64,000 nt of DNA from Planctomycetota bacterium (GTDB lineage: Bacteria; Planctomycetota; UBA8742; UBA2392). Below the pieces are notes generated by a model. It did no database searches. It saw only the letters and a list, made by a program, of their open reading frames with translations, and had not been told where the DNA came from. Positions 36,631 to 48,200 of the stretch are shown one piece after another. Within the stretch, counting starts at the first letter, position 1; each line of letters opens with the position of its first letter. The stretch lies in the NCBI GenBank assembly GCA_015075515.1, contig JABTUE010000002.1, forward strand, positions 533,478 through 597,477, written 5' to 3'. Both the position numbers and the translations under genes were made by a program.

Positions 36631-37329
36631 TCAGCGTAGACTCTTGGCCAACAGGGCCAGTCTCTTGTTTGTTGCGGCGTCGGAGACCTGATCTCGAAGC
36701 CACCTAACCAACCTTCGAAAGTGCGTGGCTGGTAGCGCCCCTGGGTTGCGAGTGCCCGGCATTCGGCCGAACCAGCCAATCAAGTCAGCATCGGTGACGT
36801 GCGGTGGGTCCTCAACATCGACAAAGATCGGTTTACACGCATGAAACACGCCATGCTTGCGGGCACGGGCACGATACTTGAGGTTCCATTTCCCAAGATC
36901 GTTGTCTTTGCAATCGGTATGGTCGAGCGGGAACGGCATGCTGTCGCGTAGCATGCAGTTGCTGGGCGGCTCAACGCCCCGCTTGCGGTACCACCGGGCA
37001 GCCCGCTCGTGTGCGCGGAGACCGTTTTCGTCGACCTCAGGTCGCCATGACTTCAACACGCGGAGTACCGCAACAAGTCGCCTGCCGGACTCTTCGCCCC
37101 TGGGGTACACGATCTTCTTGGTCATGTAGGCGACCACGTCACCCTGCTTCAGCCGCGGTGCAAAGTTGCCGGCGCGGCATAGCGCTGTGATGGACGGGTA
37201 CTTGGACCTGAGGTCCGGCTCACGACGGCAAGACGCGTCAATGAATGGTGGCAGGCCAAAAAGCGCAACGGCACGCCGCCCGTGGGCGTTATGGATCAAG
37301 GGTCTGAAGGTGTTCAGGTACAGGGACAT
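36631..37329 (-). CDS. Hypothetical protein, last gene of the minus-strand defence-like operon
   Basis: 232-aa ORF 49 nt downstream of the DUF499-like gene on the same strand; no recognised motif. Confidence 0.4.
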   Translation of the reverse strand: MSLYLNTFRPLIHNAHGRRAVALFGLPPFIDASCRREPDLRSKYPSITALCRAGNFAPRLKQGDVVAYMTKKIVYPRGEESGRRLVAVLRVLKSWRPEVDENGLRAHERAARWYRKRGVEPPSNCMLRDSMPFPLDHTDCKDNDLGKWNLKYRARARKHGVFHACKPIFVDVEDPPHVTDADLIGWFGRMPGTRNPGALPATHFRRLVRWLRDQVSDAATNKRLALLAKSLR

Positions 37330-37378
37330 CTGTTCGACTTTCGCAGTGCGCCATGGAGGGTGCGCCCCAACCAGTTGG

Positions 37379-40303
37379 TCACAACCCGGCCTGGACGTCG
37401 TCGTTCAGTCCGAGCTCCCTGAGGTCCGCCTTCGTCTCGTCCATCTTCTGCGCTTGAACGCCGCCCTCGGGAGCTGCCTCGAAACTCACGCTTAGTTTCA
37501 AATTGCCGGCCGTGGCGTACTTGGCCAAGACCTTGGTGTAGAAGTTCATCCACTTCTGCGCCGGCACCTCGCCCGTCCAACGCAGCGTCTTCTGCTTTGG
37601 GGGCTCAGGTAAAGGCGGCGGTTGCGGCGTCTCCTTGCTGGAGATCCTCAATGTTGCTCTCGCCTGAATGTCATCCACGACCGCCTCAACAACGTACTCA
37701 CCTTCCTCGCCAGTGGCCTTGAATCCACCCTTGTCGTCAATGTCGCCGCCCGTGGCTGACCACTTCACGCCACTGACATTCATCGGTCGGCCATGCTGGT
37801 CCAGCCCGCCCACACGAAACACAACGCGCCCCTTGGGTTTCACGTTGGCAATCGAGGGACTGATCTCGATGCTTGTCAGCTTGGGCGGCTCCACGTGCTT
37901 CTTGGCTTCGTCGGCCGTGAGGATCACAACATCGTCTGAAATCTCAATGTCCTCGGCCGCGCAGTCCTGTTCGAAGATGAACGGCTCGTAACGTCCATCT
38001 GGGCGCTTGCCCGCGTATGCTAGGATCTTCTCGCTGACGCCTCTGGCGATGGTCTCCTTGATGACGTCCGCGTTGAGCAGGCGTGGGAACTCCGGGGAAG
38101 CGAAAAATGCATCCCGCACTGCACGTGTGCTCCACTCTGCAAATCCGGGCCATTTCCGGACGAGGAAGTTCGGCGTGATGGTCTTTTCGACGACGCCTTG
38201 CTCCCGAAGTCGCTTGAGTATGACCTCGACCATTGTTGAAGCCTGGCTGGAGTTGATCAGTCCCAAGTCGATCCTGGTCAACTCGTTGTCCTTGCCCAGC
38301 AACAGCAGGAACTTGTAGCTACGCCATACAGATTCCTTCACATCGCGCTTTGCCCGCACCACGTGTTCGGCAAGCTGGCGTTTCTGGCCATCGTCGATGT
38401 GGAGCTCATCCTTTTCGGCGTCAATCGCCTCCCACGCCAGCGCCTTGCGAACTTCTTCTCGCACGTGGTTGGCGGACTCGGCCACGCACCACACAATCGC
38501 GCTCTTGAAGGTCCGGCCTGACTTTCCGCACTCCCATGTCATGGGCTTCACCAAGGCCTTGGTCTTGGCTTCCTCCTCCATGGAATGCTCAGGCGCGAGC
38601 ACTGCCAGCGTCAAGATTGGTCGGTCTGCGACAGCGCTGCTCTTCTCTGGAAAGAACACGCGTTCGATGCCATTGTCTGGCGGAAATACCTTCTGGATTT
38701 CAGCCCGCGCTCGTTCGTCAATCGCCTTCTCCGTGATGCTGGCACGCCTGTCCGAAAAGCGCTTTATCAGATTCTCGGTAGTACTGAACTTGTACCGGTT
38801 GCGTTCAACGGACAGGTAGTAGCAGCCCTGGCTGAGCGTCTCCAGCACGGTTTCAATATGGCCGATGTCGAGGCCGGGCTCGCCCACACCCAGCCGAATC
38901 TCCGGCACAGTTGCCACCGCCTTGAGTTGGCCGCCGTTGGATTCAAAGAAAACTGTCGTGGCAACCTTCTTGTGCAGCCTGGCCTTGCGAATATCCGGCG
39001 TGGCTTCACGGTCCAGCCGGTCTGCGTGGGAGTCGTTCTTGCCGGAAATGTCGGTCGTAACCGCGCCCTCAAGCTTGTTCTCACCCAGCTGCTCAAAGGT
39101 CGCGGTGCGGAAGAATGGATCCTCAAGTGGCGCAGAACCAAGGCCGATCAACGCGTCCTTGTGTGCCCCGCGGTAGTCGTCGCTGTAGGCCTTGGACACC
39201 CACAATGCAAGCAAACGCAGAATGCCGCGGGTCTGCTGGAACCTCGGAAGCTGCTGCCACTTGCGCTCAAACACCGACAAGACCACGGGGTGAAACGGAT
39301 ATGTGGCGGCAAACGCCTCCCTGGCGTTATCCGCGGGAAACCAGCCCGGAATCTGTGTGCGGTGCTCCGACACCCACTCGGCGTATGCCGCAACGACCTT
39401 TTCGGCTTCCTTCGTCAAGCCTTCCCACTCGAAGAGGCGCCGACGAATGATCTCGGCGGTTTCGGTTTCGGCGGACAGCAGTACGGCCTTGGCGTACTTG
39501 TCCAGCTTCTTCTTGATGCGCTGGTAATCGTCCTGGTCCTCAGCCGTCATCTCCAGGTCGGACTTCGGTATCGACACCATTAAAACGATGCGATTGGACG
39601 TCGCCGCAACTTCGCACAGGTTCTCGATGAAGTTGTAAAGCTCGCCGCCAAGGCCGTTCTTCCGGTTTCGGCTGACATAGTTCATGACCTCGTCCATCAG
39701 GATGAGGCAGGGCTTCTTGTCGGGGATGAACGAACGGATCACTTCGCCGGATGGCGCCGTCTTCTGTTTCTCGTGCTCGGCGACCAGTTCAAAGCCTTCC
39801 TTGCCGCCGATCTGCCAGGCCAGTTCTCCCCACGGTGTCTTGCGCACTGGCGTGCCGTCTTTGCCGCCGCGCCCCGTTAGCGAATCGAACTCCGTTCCTA
39901 CAAAAATGCCCGTGGCAGCCTTGGGCACTTCCTTCGTTCCCGCGTGCTCAAGGATGGTGCTGACGCCCCGCCACGACTTTGCCTCTTTGCCGGCCGAAGC
40001 AAGGTGATACAGCAACGTCAACGCGTGGGTCTTGCCGCCGCCGAACTGGGTCACGAGGTTGAAGACGGGCGAGCTCTCAACCACGATTCCCGACAGCCGC
40101 CGCACAACCTGTGCCGCCGTGGTCAGCAGCCCCTTGGTCAGATATGTGCGGCCGAAGAAACGTGCCGGGTCCTGATAGTCCTGCCGTGCATTGCCGTCGC
40201 GCACCTGGTCGAGGTGCACGGCGAACTCTGATGCATCCAGCGGCTTGCCCTCGCGCAGGTCTTCGCGGGGGTAGATCACCTTGTACCAGGGTTGAAGGGC
40301 CAT
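37379..40303 (-). CDS. DUF499-like P-loop ATPase (974 aa)
   Basis: Walker A FGGGKTHALTLLYHL, Walker B CLILMDEVMNY, long helical C-terminal region; resembles the DUF499 family that co-occurs with DUF1156 methyltransferases. Confidence 0.7.
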   Translation of the reverse strand: MALQPWYKVIYPREDLREGKPLDASEFAVHLDQVRDGNARQDYQDPARFFGRTYLTKGLLTTAAQVVRRLSGIVVESSPVFNLVTQFGGGKTHALTLLYHLASAGKEAKSWRGVSTILEHAGTKEVPKAATGIFVGTEFDSLTGRGGKDGTPVRKTPWGELAWQIGGKEGFELVAEHEKQKTAPSGEVIRSFIPDKKPCLILMDEVMNYVSRNRKNGLGGELYNFIENLCEVAATSNRIVLMVSIPKSDLEMTAEDQDDYQRIKKKLDKYAKAVLLSAETETAEIIRRRLFEWEGLTKEAEKVVAAYAEWVSEHRTQIPGWFPADNAREAFAATYPFHPVVLSVFERKWQQLPRFQQTRGILRLLALWVSKAYSDDYRGAHKDALIGLGSAPLEDPFFRTATFEQLGENKLEGAVTTDISGKNDSHADRLDREATPDIRKARLHKKVATTVFFESNGGQLKAVATVPEIRLGVGEPGLDIGHIETVLETLSQGCYYLSVERNRYKFSTTENLIKRFSDRRASITEKAIDERARAEIQKVFPPDNGIERVFFPEKSSAVADRPILTLAVLAPEHSMEEEAKTKALVKPMTWECGKSGRTFKSAIVWCVAESANHVREEVRKALAWEAIDAEKDELHIDDGQKRQLAEHVVRAKRDVKESVWRSYKFLLLLGKDNELTRIDLGLINSSQASTMVEVILKRLREQGVVEKTITPNFLVRKWPGFAEWSTRAVRDAFFASPEFPRLLNADVIKETIARGVSEKILAYAGKRPDGRYEPFIFEQDCAAEDIEISDDVVILTADEAKKHVEPPKLTSIEISPSIANVKPKGRVVFRVGGLDQHGRPMNVSGVKWSATGGDIDDKGGFKATGEEGEYVVEAVVDDIQARATLRISSKETPQPPPLPEPPKQKTLRWTGEVPAQKWMNFYTKVLAKYATAGNLKLSVSFEAAPEGGVQAQKMDETKADLRELGLNDDVQAGL

Positions 40304-40312
40304 CTCGCGCTC

Positions 40313-40894
40313 CTACTTCATCAAACCAAACCTGCCGGTGCCGGCGTCCAGTTGCCACCACTGAAAGAACCCGTACGGAAAGTACTCCGCCTCGTTCGTC
40401 CTGCCCACCACCACAAGGGTCTCGCCTTCAAGGCCGACACGGCCGGCAAGGCCCATGGCCTGCACCACCTGCTCTTCCAATGCCCGCACCAGCTTCGGCG
40501 CGTCCTCCGGGTTTCGCCGGTAGCAAAACACAACCCGCAAACTGGCCCGAACAATCAGCACCTTCCACAGCGAGTACGCAATGCGGTCAACCGCCTGGCT
40601 GTTCTCAAGCTCTGCGACCGCTACCGGGAACCTCCATCGCTTCTCGCTATCCCCAAAGGCCATCATGTCCAGTGCCAGGTACTCGCTTTGGTTCACCGGC
40701 AGCAGCGTGGCCTTGTGCCCGATGGCTGATGCCTGCCAGCCCACTTCGCGGCAGGTTTCCACCGTGCAAGTCGTCAGCGCCCTTGTCCAGGCCGCGAGCT
40801 TGCCCTGCGTGGCCGCCTGCTTGAGCGGCCCGGCGTGCTCCTGCCTGCTGACCAACTGCAGGAAGACATCGCGCCAGTCCGCGGCCTCAACCAT
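40313..40894 (-). CDS. DUF3780-like small protein
   Basis: 193 aa, position between the methyltransferase and ATPase genes as in DUF1156/DUF499 cassettes; 1-nt stop/start overlap (TAATG) with the methyltransferase gene. Confidence 0.45.
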   Translation of the reverse strand: MVEAADWRDVFLQLVSRQEHAGPLKQAATQGKLAAWTRALTTCTVETCREVGWQASAIGHKATLLPVNQSEYLALDMMAFGDSEKRWRFPVAVAELENSQAVDRIAYSLWKVLIVRASLRVVFCYRRNPEDAPKLVRALEEQVVQAMGLAGRVGLEGETLVVVGRTNEAEYFPYGFFQWWQLDAGTGRFGLMK

Positions 40895-43818
40895 TAGAAG
40901 CCCAGTCCTTTCTTGCGGGCAAGCACGCCATCGACCCAGCGTTTTTCGTCCGTGCCCGTCGGGTACAGCGCCGACAACGCCTGTGCAAGCGTCCAGAACT
41001 TACCGTCGCGCCCGACGCCTTCGTCAACCAGAAAGCGTTTCATGGCTTCGCTGCGCCCGGCTGCGAACAGGATCATTGCCTGGTGCACACGGTCCAGTGT
41101 GGTCTCGCCTACCTTGGGGGCACCCTTCTTGCCCCAGCCGCCTTCAACTTCAGCCTGCTCCAGTTCTTCCTCGAAGGCCATTTGTTTCTGCTTGGACTTC
41201 TTACGCCGGCCAGCCGGCGCGTCGCTTTCATCCTTGCCGAAGAGAGCCTTGGTACGCTCAGAAACAGGCAACAGGCGTGCCGTGTCCTTTTCGATGGCGA
41301 CGACTGTCTGGAGATTCTCCAGGTGTGCGCCCAACCCCTGGGCTATCTTGCGCGCCGCGTCGTACTCAAGGCTGAAGCCGGCAGCCTTGCTCTTCTTTTT
41401 GTTCTTGTTGTTGTCGCTGTCGTCGGCGTCAGCGTCGCCACCGGCATCGTCTTCGCCGGAACTATCGGGTTTGCCGTTACCGGTACTCAGCGTCCAGAGC
41501 CACATGGCCGTGAGCCGGGCGTCTTCTTCGAGACTGGCTGCATCCACGCCCTGGAAGACCTGGTTTAGAGCTTCCTGGGACACGGCGGCCCAGACTTGCT
41601 CCAGATAAACCCGCAATGTCACTTCTTCGCCGCTGGCCTTCTCGACACGGGCGTAGCGCGAAAAGATCTCCAAGGCAGGGCCCAGGCAAGCGAAGATGGC
41701 ATCCGCGCCCACGATCCCTTCGGACCGGAGACGTGGCATCCACTCCGAAATGCGCCGAGGAAGTTCAGCGAGTACTTCACGCCAGTCGCCTACTTCGGCA
41801 TCGCGGAGTGAGCCGTCGGGGTTCTCGCGGGGCCTGCAAACCAAGTGGACCGAGCTGCTAAGTGCGGCTGAATCCTTCGCTCTCATCCGAGTGGTGTTCT
41901 CTGTGTGTATGGGCCAGGACGCCGTGACCATCCACCCGGCACTCACCAGTGCATTGAGAAGAGCTTCCCATCCGGCCGTGCCCTTGTGAGCGAAGATCAC
42001 GACACCCACTCCGTCAGGCTTTAGTGCTCGCCGGGCGTCCGCTAGTGCCGCTTGCATCGTTGCTTCGAAGTAACGTCTGTCCTTTGGGGGCCCTTCATCA
42101 GCCGGCGGCCCCGGGTCCATTATGCACTCCCCAGTTTTCGGGCTGAGTTGCGACGAGAACAAACCCGGATGAACATGAACCAAAGCACGCTTGAGCCACA
42201 CAAAGCAAAAATCTGACAGCGCCGCATATGGTATGGCGTCGTAGTACGGAGGGTCTGTCACAAGATATGTAAGAGAGTCATCGGGCAAGGGAGTTCTAGT
42301 TGCCGAGCATCGTGCGACCGTTCCCACTGATCGAATTGAATCCCCCTCCCGAGTCAGAAAGCTGACGATCAGACCATGCGCGTACTCGACACCGCCCACA
42401 AGCCTAGACATTAGTGGATTGGCCTCTGCAAAATCTGGCTTCATTGGTAGACCGCTTCCTTGGAACACGGTCCTGAAGTGATCGTGGCCAAAATAAGAAC
42501 ACGCGGAGAGCATTGGGGCGGTGTTACTGACGGCTAGGGCAATACACGATGCCACTGCGTCGGCGTAGTTGGCATCATCGCCTGCGCTGAGTATCTCCGC
42601 TCTGACATAATCAACGAGCCGGCACATAGTGCCCAACGCCAGTGCCTGCCGGGAAAGGTACACGTCGCTCCACCGTTCCATTCCGTATTTGTTTATTCGG
42701 TAGCCGAGAGTGCCGTCCGGCGGAGTTGGCTCATCCGGTATAAAGGAGTAATGGCCTTGGTTGTTGACTTCAATGCTGGAAAGTTCGCCCTCGGCACTTC
42801 GTGCTGCGTTGATGTCTTCCACAGTGGGCAACCGATAGTGTCGACCGCCGCCCTTGTCCAAGGTGATGACAGCAACCATGCGGGCATCTCGTGTGCCACC
42901 GTGCTTGGCTCGCAGCTGTTCTCGTGTCGCTTTGTACGGCGTCGTGTAGCCGCAGCACGGACAAGTGACTGCCATTCGATTGACAATGCCGGGCTGCACC
43001 TCTTTGTTAGACTTCGGCTCGAACACCTCAACATGCACTCTTTTGGCGGCTCGGTCGCCCCGATATCGCAGGGCCACACGAGACTTTGCTTTCTTGGACA
43101 GCCAAAGCATCCCCAGCAAGGGCACTTCTGCCCCGCAGGCAGGGCCTTCACATGTGATGGTGCGCGCCCAGATGTACGCCAAAGGGATGTTTCCCCTGCT
43201 GTCGGCCGGATAGAAGGCCGACAGTTTTTTTCGCGCTTGTTCCAGCACCCACTTGCCCCATTTCTCAACGCCCTCCGCAAGCCGATGCCCGAACTTGGGG
43301 AGGTACTCCTGCGATACCTTGTTCAGCAACACCGGAATGGGATTGAGGTCGCCGGCGAACGTGTTCGCCCCAACTCGCAGCGCCTCAAATGGAATCGAGC
43401 CCGCGCCGGCAAACGGGTCCATGATCAGCGGCGGACCCTCGGGATGTGCAGCCGAAACCAACCTGCGTGCGGCGGTCAGGTATGTGGGATTCACTCCCGC
43501 GTCCCAGGCCGCAAAGTCGGCCACAAACTGCAGCAGCGCTTGGCGCAAGGCCATTGGGTCCGACAGGTTGCGACCGGTAAACGGCTTGAGGGCTTCACGG
43601 GCGGCTGCACGAAATCCATCCGGGCAGTTCTCGTCAGCGGGATCCGGAACGATCGTTGCCAGAATGACCGCCCGGCAGGACGCCAAGGGCCGCGTTGCCC
43701 ACCAAACGTGCATGGTATGCAGGTGCCCCTTGCGCACATTCTGGTCCTTCCGCGCATGCTCCGAAATCTGACGAATCGGCAGGTCAACTTCGATGAGTTT
43801 CTTGGGTGCATTCTTCAT
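40894..43818 (-). CDS. DUF1156-like N6-adenine (DPPY-motif) DNA methyltransferase (974 aa)
   Basis: N-terminal KLIEVDLPIRQISEHARKDQNVRKGHLHTMHVWWATRPLASCRAVILA block characteristic of DUF1156; catalytic motif IV LVTDPPYYDAIPY; AdoMet-binding FAGAGSIP-like motif. Confidence 0.8.
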   Translation of the reverse strand: MKNAPKKLIEVDLPIRQISEHARKDQNVRKGHLHTMHVWWATRPLASCRAVILATIVPDPADENCPDGFRAAAREALKPFTGRNLSDPMALRQALLQFVADFAAWDAGVNPTYLTAARRLVSAAHPEGPPLIMDPFAGAGSIPFEALRVGANTFAGDLNPIPVLLNKVSQEYLPKFGHRLAEGVEKWGKWVLEQARKKLSAFYPADSRGNIPLAYIWARTITCEGPACGAEVPLLGMLWLSKKAKSRVALRYRGDRAAKRVHVEVFEPKSNKEVQPGIVNRMAVTCPCCGYTTPYKATREQLRAKHGGTRDARMVAVITLDKGGGRHYRLPTVEDINAARSAEGELSSIEVNNQGHYSFIPDEPTPPDGTLGYRINKYGMERWSDVYLSRQALALGTMCRLVDYVRAEILSAGDDANYADAVASCIALAVSNTAPMLSACSYFGHDHFRTVFQGSGLPMKPDFAEANPLMSRLVGGVEYAHGLIVSFLTREGDSIRSVGTVARCSATRTPLPDDSLTYLVTDPPYYDAIPYAALSDFCFVWLKRALVHVHPGLFSSQLSPKTGECIMDPGPPADEGPPKDRRYFEATMQAALADARRALKPDGVGVVIFAHKGTAGWEALLNALVSAGWMVTASWPIHTENTTRMRAKDSAALSSSVHLVCRPRENPDGSLRDAEVGDWREVLAELPRRISEWMPRLRSEGIVGADAIFACLGPALEIFSRYARVEKASGEEVTLRVYLEQVWAAVSQEALNQVFQGVDAASLEEDARLTAMWLWTLSTGNGKPDSSGEDDAGGDADADDSDNNKNKKKSKAAGFSLEYDAARKIAQGLGAHLENLQTVVAIEKDTARLLPVSERTKALFGKDESDAPAGRRKKSKQKQMAFEEELEQAEVEGGWGKKGAPKVGETTLDRVHQAMILFAAGRSEAMKRFLVDEGVGRDGKFWTLAQALSALYPTGTDEKRWVDGVLARKKGLGF

Positions 43819-45277
43819 GGGGACGATGCCTTGATCTTCTCAACCAGCGCCTTGCGTTCTGCTTTTGGTACGCCTTCCAGGTACGCCCGGGCCGCAACCG
43901 CAATCAGTTCGCCACGATTGAGCCGAGTTTGTGTCTCAAGGACGTCAAACCATTGGTGGTGGTCTCTGTCCCTGTTTGCGATGTCCGCGGCACCCCAATC
44001 AACATTCAAGCTTTCGCTGAAGCGCTGACGGAAGGTAGGCGACTTGAAAATCTCCTTTTCAGGCGGTTCCGTGCCAAACAACTTGAAAAGTTGAAGCCGT
44101 ACATTCTCGCCACAGTCTCCATCCCGCACGGCGCATATCGGGATGCGCTGATCTTTGAACACGTCCATCATCTGCGCGATACGGTCCTTATCTCCGGCCG
44201 CAAACACGCGTGCTGTCTTCAGGAAGTCCGCGTCATGCATGCGCAGAAGCTCGGTAACAACGGCCCCCGCAATTTCGTCCTCCACGAGAATGTAGATCGA
44301 CGGAATGGCCAAGCTGTCCATCATGCTGACGGCCTGGCGGACACCGATTCGCGGAATCGGAACGACACCCGTCCCCTCCCGCTTCAGGAAGACGCGAGAT
44401 TCTTCCGGCAGTGCCAAGAGTACATACTCGCTGTGTGTGGTCATGAGAATCTGGAGCTTTCGGCGCTTTGCAACCTCTACCAGGTACTTTCCGAGCTCAA
44501 ACTGGGCGCTCGGGTGTAGCGCTGTTTCCGGTTCCTCTAGCAGAATCAGGCTTTTCACTGGCGTGGCTTCCAAGGCTGTGACAACCAGGTACAGGCGGGC
44601 TTCGCCGGACCCCATGTTGGCCTCGGTGTATTCCGCGCCGACCTCGCGCTTGACGGTGAGCATATCAAAGGCCCGCCGGGCGTACCTCTTCTTCATGACA
44701 TTCACGTGGGCGGCGTCGTACTTGCACAACAGGATCTGCGAGACGCGTTCAATCACCTCGGCTTGGATCTGCTTTCTCTCACGCGCAGAGAGTTCGGCAT
44801 CTTCAAGTTGCTTCTTGACTCCGCGCTCCGCTCCGAGTGCGGCACGTAGAACCCTGTACCGATGTAACGGACGTGGCGATCTGGCTGGCGGTCGTAGCCT
44901 GCCCATGAATCGCCTGAACGTGACACCGTATTGGTAGTTACCCTTGCCGCGCCATCCTTGCCCGGCTGAGCTGCGTAGAAAAACTCTACCGACGCATCAT
45001 CCCGAAACGGTTTCTGCGGCAATCCGCCTACGAGGATGAATGTAGATACGTAGTAGCGCTCTTTACACTTGTATGCGGACGCTGCAAGCTGCAAGACCGT
45101 TGACTTGCCTGTGCCATTCACGCCGCAAAGCGCCAAGATCGGGCTCTCGATGGAGATCGTTGTGTCGGTGTGGTTGCGGAACCCCTGTATCCGCATGCGC
45201 ATCAACACTTCGCCGTAGCGCTCAAAGCGCGTTGACGCTGCAAAGTCCGCCTGAAGCTCTTTACGCGGATCAGCCAT
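43815..45277 (-). pseudogene. OLD/PARIS-like ABC-type ATPase plus TOPRIM(DUF4435-like) nuclease gene, disrupted by a frameshift near 44840-44865
   Basis: Upstream frame (45277-44753): Walker A GVNGTGKST. Downstream frame (to 43815): Walker B/D-loop LILLEEPETALHP, MTTHS, then TOPRIM-like ILVEDEIAGAVV...AAGDKDRI...AVRDGD. The two frames overlap by ~150 nt with no intervening in-frame stop. Confidence 0.55.
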
Positions 45278-48200
45278 TCACGGCCCCCTTGATGGCCTGT
45301 GCTGAAACAGCGTAATGCTCCACGGTCACGATGGGCTTCCATCCCAAGCGTGCCGGGTTGCGCACCACGTGAACTTGGGGTGTCGAGCCGCAGTTGAAAA
45401 CCACGTACAGCCAGAAGTCGTCCTTCAGCCGTTCGGCGGTCTTGTATTCGTTGGTGGTCAGCGCCACCTCGCCCACGCCCGAGCGTCCCTTCACCTCAAT
45501 GAAGCGCACGTCTATAGCTGTGGCCGGGTCCTCCGGGTGCGGCAGCCTTGATATCAGATCAAAGCCACGGTTCTCGTTCTCGACGCTCTCGACCGTGCGG
45601 CCCTGGGCTTCCTCGTAGGCGATCACGGCTTGCACGGCAATGCGCTCAATCTCGTCGTCCCGGACCATCGGGGCCACGCCGGGCGAGGTGCGCTCCGGGT
45701 GCGGCAGAACCCAGGCGCAGCCAACGTGCTGGATTTCGCCGATAGTGCACTGGCACTCGCGGTCAAGCTCGGCGATGCGCTGCTCGCGCCGGCCATTCAG
45801 TTCTTCCAGCCTGTCTTCGGCCTGCTTCATGCTTGCAATCAGCCACGGCGGCGTGGTGCCGAGCTTGCTGGCCTGGTCATGCAGCCCGGCATAGGTCATC
45901 TGCTGGCGGTGGATCAGCTCGTTCAGGCTGATCTCAATGTGCCGGCGGATGGTGTTGGTTTCCTTCAGGCGCTGCTTGGCGACCTCGGCCAGGAAGCCTG
46001 TCAGGCACTTGTCCATCAGGGCGTGCTCTCTGGCCTCGCGGGACGCCAGACCATCAGGCCCCGGCGCGGCGGTGCCCTTTGGCGCGGCCGTCAGGTCAAG
46101 GAAGATGGTGGGCTGCCGCACGGAAAGCTCGCCGCCCGGCGTGGCCTGCACCACAAACAGGCGACGGTGCAGCACGTTGCCAAGGCCGTCCTTCACAGAC
46201 GCCGAAAACACGTCCAGGTGGTAGGGCACGGGACTGTGCAGGTCATGAAACACCGCGCCGCGTCCCAAGCCCTCGCGCACTTGTTCCCACAGAGTCTGGC
46301 GCACGGTTTCAAACAAGGGGTGGCCGGGTGTGACCCATTCGCACGTGGGATCTTTGCTAAGCAGGGTTTTGTCAAAGACGATCTGCTTGTACTCGCGGCC
46401 CAGTTTGCCAAATCGGGACTCAAGCTTGTCGCCCATGGGCCACAAGTGCCGGGGCACGCGGCCGACACGATAGTTGTGGCTTGCGGCCGGCGTTTCTTTG
46501 GGCACGACACCCACAACTGGGCCCGCCTGGACGAAGAAATCCTCGATGACCTCGGGAACGAGGCGGCGCTCGCGGGCCTCGGCCGATTTGCCTACGATGG
46601 CGGAAAGGTTGAGCTCTTTCTTGGCCAGGCCTTCGAGGGTTGATTCAGTGATCTCGCGGAAGCGTTTGGGGTCAACGTCCTGCACGATGCGGGCCTTGAT
46701 GCTCTCTTCTGTCTGGTTGTGCAGGTACATGTCGCGGATCAACTTCTCGAGCTGGTTCGACGGAAACAAGTCGCCCAGCACGTTGAACACCTTCCCGGTG
46801 CGCAGAGGGTCCAGGTCGGCTTCGATCTGCTCCAGACGTTCAAACAGCTTGTCCAGCACGCGGCCTTCACGTGTGTTGGTGGCCACGAAGTTGAAGATGA
46901 GGCAGTCTTTCTCCTGGCCGTAGCGGTGGATACGGCCCATGCGCTGCTCAAGCCTCACGGGGTTCCACGGGATGTCGTAGTTGATCATGAACCAGCAGAA
47001 CTGCAGGTTGATACCTTCGCCCGCGGCCTCGGTGGCTACAAGTACCTGGGCGGAATCACGAAACTCTCGTTCGGCGTAGATGCGGGTGCCGGGCGTGTCG
47101 CGGTCGCCGATCTTCATGCCGCCGTGGATCTGGGTGACCGACAGCCCCCAGCCGTTCATCTTGCCGACGAGGTAATCCAGCGTGTCCTTGTGCTCGGTGA
47201 ACAGCAGCAGCTTCATCGCCGGGTCTTTGAAGATGCCCTTCTCGATGAGCAACTCGCGCAGGCGTGTCAGCTTGGTTTCAATCTCGCGCTGCTCCAGCAG
47301 CTTGGCCTGGTCGATCAACTTGTTCAGCTCGATGATCTCTTCGCGCAGGGCAGCCGGGTCAACGGACGCGACCACATCTTCAAGCTCGGCCAGAATCTCC
47401 TGCTGCTCGTCGTCCGGCAGTTCATCGAAGTCCTCCGGCAGCTTCTTGTTGATCTGCCGCTTACGGTAACCTTCGGGGTCCTTGAGAATGTCCTCGCGCT
47501 TGTCGCGCATACGCTCCAGGCTGCGGCGTGCCGCATAAACACTGGACGCTAGCCGGCGCTGCAACATGGCCATCGTGAAGCCAACAGCGCGGCCGGTCGT
47601 GGCATTGGCTGCCTGGGCCTTAATGGACTGATCTTCAACGTAGCGCGTGAGCGTGTCGTAGAGGTCCCACTCGTCGCTGTCGATCTCGAACTTGGCCGTC
47701 TGGACGTTGCGCTTGGTGAACAGTTTTTTGATCTGGCCGGTGTCCGGGTCCGGGAACGTAACCAGGGCTTCTTTGGTCCGGCGCAGATAGAACGGCGCGG
47801 AGTTGCGCTGCATGGCTTCTTCAAGGCTCTTGACGTCGCCGTACACGTCGGAATCCAGCAGCCGCAAGAACAGGCAGAAGTGGTCCGGGTCGCCCTTGTG
47901 CGGCGTGGCTGTCATGAGCAGGTAGTGGTCGGTCATCGCCGACAAGTGCTCGCCAAGCTGGTAGGCCAGCGTCTTCTTGTCAGCACTGTAGGCCGACATT
48001 TTGTGGGCCTCATCGACAATGATCAGGTCCCAATGGCTGCGCAGCAGGCTTGCGCGGGCATCGTCAATGCGCGACACCCAGGACACTGACGTGATGACCT
48101 GGTTCTTGTCTTGCCACGGGTTGGTGCCGTAGTTCGCGCGCAGCACGTCACCCTTGACGATTTCAAAGGTCTCGCGGAACTTGTCTTTCAGTTCGCGCTG

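Noticed and set aside
40111-41375. Several + strand ORFs (237 aa, 264 aa) inside the DUF499/DUF3780/DUF1156 genes
   Set aside because: Pro/Arg/Ser/Ala-rich low-complexity translations antisense to frames with Walker and DPPY motifs.
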